Part shown: positions 51,121-51,155 of the stretch, piece after piece | Layout: every line of letters starts with the position of its first letter | How positions within the stretch are numbered: the first letter of the stretch is position 1 | Assembly: GCF_001194135.2 (NCBI RefSeq) | Contig: NC_068992.1 | Span: forward strand, 19,487,165 to 19,538,319 | Reading direction: 5' to 3' | Length of the DNA stretch: 51,155 bases | DNA from: Octopus bimaculoides | Lineage: Eukaryota | Made by a program: the position numbers and the translations under genes | The notes under the pieces: model-generated | What the model was told of the DNA's origin: nothing | The model's database searches: none | Seen by the model: only the letters and a program-made list of their open reading frames with translations

Positions 51121-51155
<35 letters not shown>

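Overview
AT-rich animal genomic DNA made almost entirely of repeats. It has 17 N-gaps (about 5.85 kb by my count), and nearly all abut microsatellites or other simple repeats. The interspersed repeats look like the tRNA-derived SINEs I associate with Octopus, so I infer an intronic or intergenic octopus region; this is recognition from memory, not a database hit. I find no intact gene, rRNA, true tRNA or CRISPR array, and most listed ORFs are artefacts of N-runs or microsatellites. The window holds about 25 SINE copies in families I label A-F (my labels), three with clear target-site duplications (TSDs). It also holds a degraded Tc1-like transposase resembling the DD37E/TRT group, a Penelope-like RT/GIY-YIG fossil, an R4/Dong-like LINE fragment, several older LINE, Helitron and Gypsy-like fossils, two inverted mariner-derived MITEs and a fold-back MITE. 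A few short candidate exons cannot be confirmed. The most interesting signals are modular head/core/tail swapping among the SINEs, a GTCGA-N5-TCGAC stem-loop shared by two SINE families, and a segment apparently copied between inverted neighbouring SINEs. I do not see a convincing new biological system.
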